From contig JACRKZ010000097.1 in assembly GCA_016235455.1 (NCBI GenBank), positions 1 to 28,707 on the forward strand: a stretch of DNA of 28,707 nt, in the 5' to 3' direction. The position numbers and the translations under genes were made by a program. The number at the start of each line of letters is the position of its first letter. Within the stretch, counting starts at the first letter, position 1. Shown here one piece after another: positions 27,909-28,707 of the stretch. This DNA comes from Armatimonadota bacterium. GTDB lineage: Bacteria; Armatimonadota; UBA10988. The notes beneath the pieces are model-generated. The model had not been told where the DNA came from. It saw nothing but the letters and a program-made list of their open reading frames with translations, and made no database searches.

Positions 27909-28565
27909 ATGACACATCGTCGACGAGCCTTCACGCTCATCGAGTTGCTGGTCGTCATCGCGATCATCGCGATCCTGGCCGCCATCTTGTTCCCTGTGTT
28001 CGCCAAGGCCCGTGAGAAGGCCCGCTGCTCGAGCTGCAGCAGCAACCTCAAGCAGATTGGCGTCGCCATGATGCAATACGTCCAGGACTACGACGAGATG
28101 TACCTGGCATCCAACTTCGGCAACCTGGGCACCCAGTTCCCCGGTTCGGCCGGCTTCCGCGGCGCGTTGACCCACGGCATCCAGCCGTACCTCAAGAGCC
28201 CGCAAGTGCTCAAGTGCCCGAGCCAGTCGAGCACCGAGGTCTGCAGCTACGGCTACAACGAGTATATCTACTCGATCGGTGGTTGGAACTCGCTGGCGGC
28301 CGTCAGCAACGCGCCGTCCGGCGTGGCCTCGGTCTCGGTCGTCGCCGAGTCCAGCTTCCCCGGCATCTACAACGACTGGGACGGCCTGAACGGCCTGGAT
28401 CGCCTGCGCTCGCAGCAGAGCCAAGCCCACAACGGCTGCAACGTCTGCTTCGCCGATGGCCACGTCAAGCTGATCAACCTCGGCAAGATCAGCGGCAACA
28501 GCACGGCCCCCAACACGGCCACGCAGGAAATGCCGGTCGTCTACCCCAACGCCAACTCGCTCTAG
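27909..28565 (+). CDS. Prepilin-type N-terminal cleavage/methylation protein with H-X-DG motif (DUF1559-like)
   Basis: Same first 39 residues as the left gene; [19 protein letters not shown] and [14 protein letters not shown]; GAGGGAG RBS. Confidence 0.92.
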   Translation: MTHRRRAFTLIELLVVIAIIAILAAILFPVFAKAREKARCSSCSSNLKQIGVAMMQYVQDYDEMYLASNFGNLGTQFPGSAGFRGALTHGIQPYLKSPQVLKCPSQSSTEVCSYGYNEYIYSIGGWNSLAAVSNAPSGVASVSVVAESSFPGIYNDWDGLNGLDRLRSQQSQAHNGCNVCFADGHVKLINLGKISGNSTAPNTATQEMPVVYPNANSL

Positions 28566-28586
28566 CGTCCGCCCAGCGCGGTCTGA

Positions 28587-28623
28587 CAACGCCCGCAGCG
28601 GCACATCGCCGCTGCGGGCGTTG
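28587..28623 (+). terminator. Strong stem-loop after the right pilin-like gene (probable terminator or stabiliser)
   Basis: 16-bp perfect stem CAACGCCCGCAGCGGC-acatc-GCCGCTGCGGGCGTTG; the U-tract is weak. Confidence 0.7.
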
Positions 28624-28649
28624 CTGTGTCTGTGGCCTTCGCCCGCGCG

Positions 28650-28678
28650 TTGCCAACCTTCCCCACCGCGCATACAAT
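28650..28678 (+). promoter_or_regulatory. Near-consensus sigma70 promoter firing out of the window
   Basis: TTGCCA-N17-TACAAT. Confidence 0.7.
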
Positions 28679-28707
28679 GGCGTCCGAACCCAATTCCCCG
28701 AAGGACC

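Noticed and set aside
28677-28707. ATG 28677 as the start of a gene (MASEPNSPKD)
   Set aside because: The ATG overlaps the TACAAT -10 box, so it would lie upstream of that transcript's start; too little sequence to call.

Overview
High-GC bacterial chromosomal window. The gene families (prepilin/H-X9-DG DUF1559-type proteins, a DUF6785/DUF6784-type membrane protein, several secreted glycosidases) suggest Armatimonadota or a similar lineage; this is inference. In order: a secreted glycosidase-like gene running off the left edge (absent from the ORF track); rlmD; a minus-strand cluster of DUF6785-type membrane protein, degenerate Gfo/Idh/MocA protein, ECF sigma factor, Zn-less anti-sigma and MucB/RseB-like protein; a small membrane protein and a membrane diguanylate cyclase; four tandem paralogous LolA/RseB-fold lipoproteins followed by a GH36 glycosidase; a long minus-strand run (GH50-like glycosidase, pstS, frameshifted pstC, pstA, pstB, phoU, orphan RND permease, CxxC/CcdA-like fusion); and a head-to-head pair of pilin-like genes with identical N-termini and mirror-image sigma70 promoters. 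No rRNA, tRNA, CRISPR array or transposase was seen. The best candidates for new biology are the four-lipoprotein array, the ECF module coupled to a pseudo-oxidoreductase, and the twin pilin-like pair. All family calls come from motif recognition by eye, not database searches.
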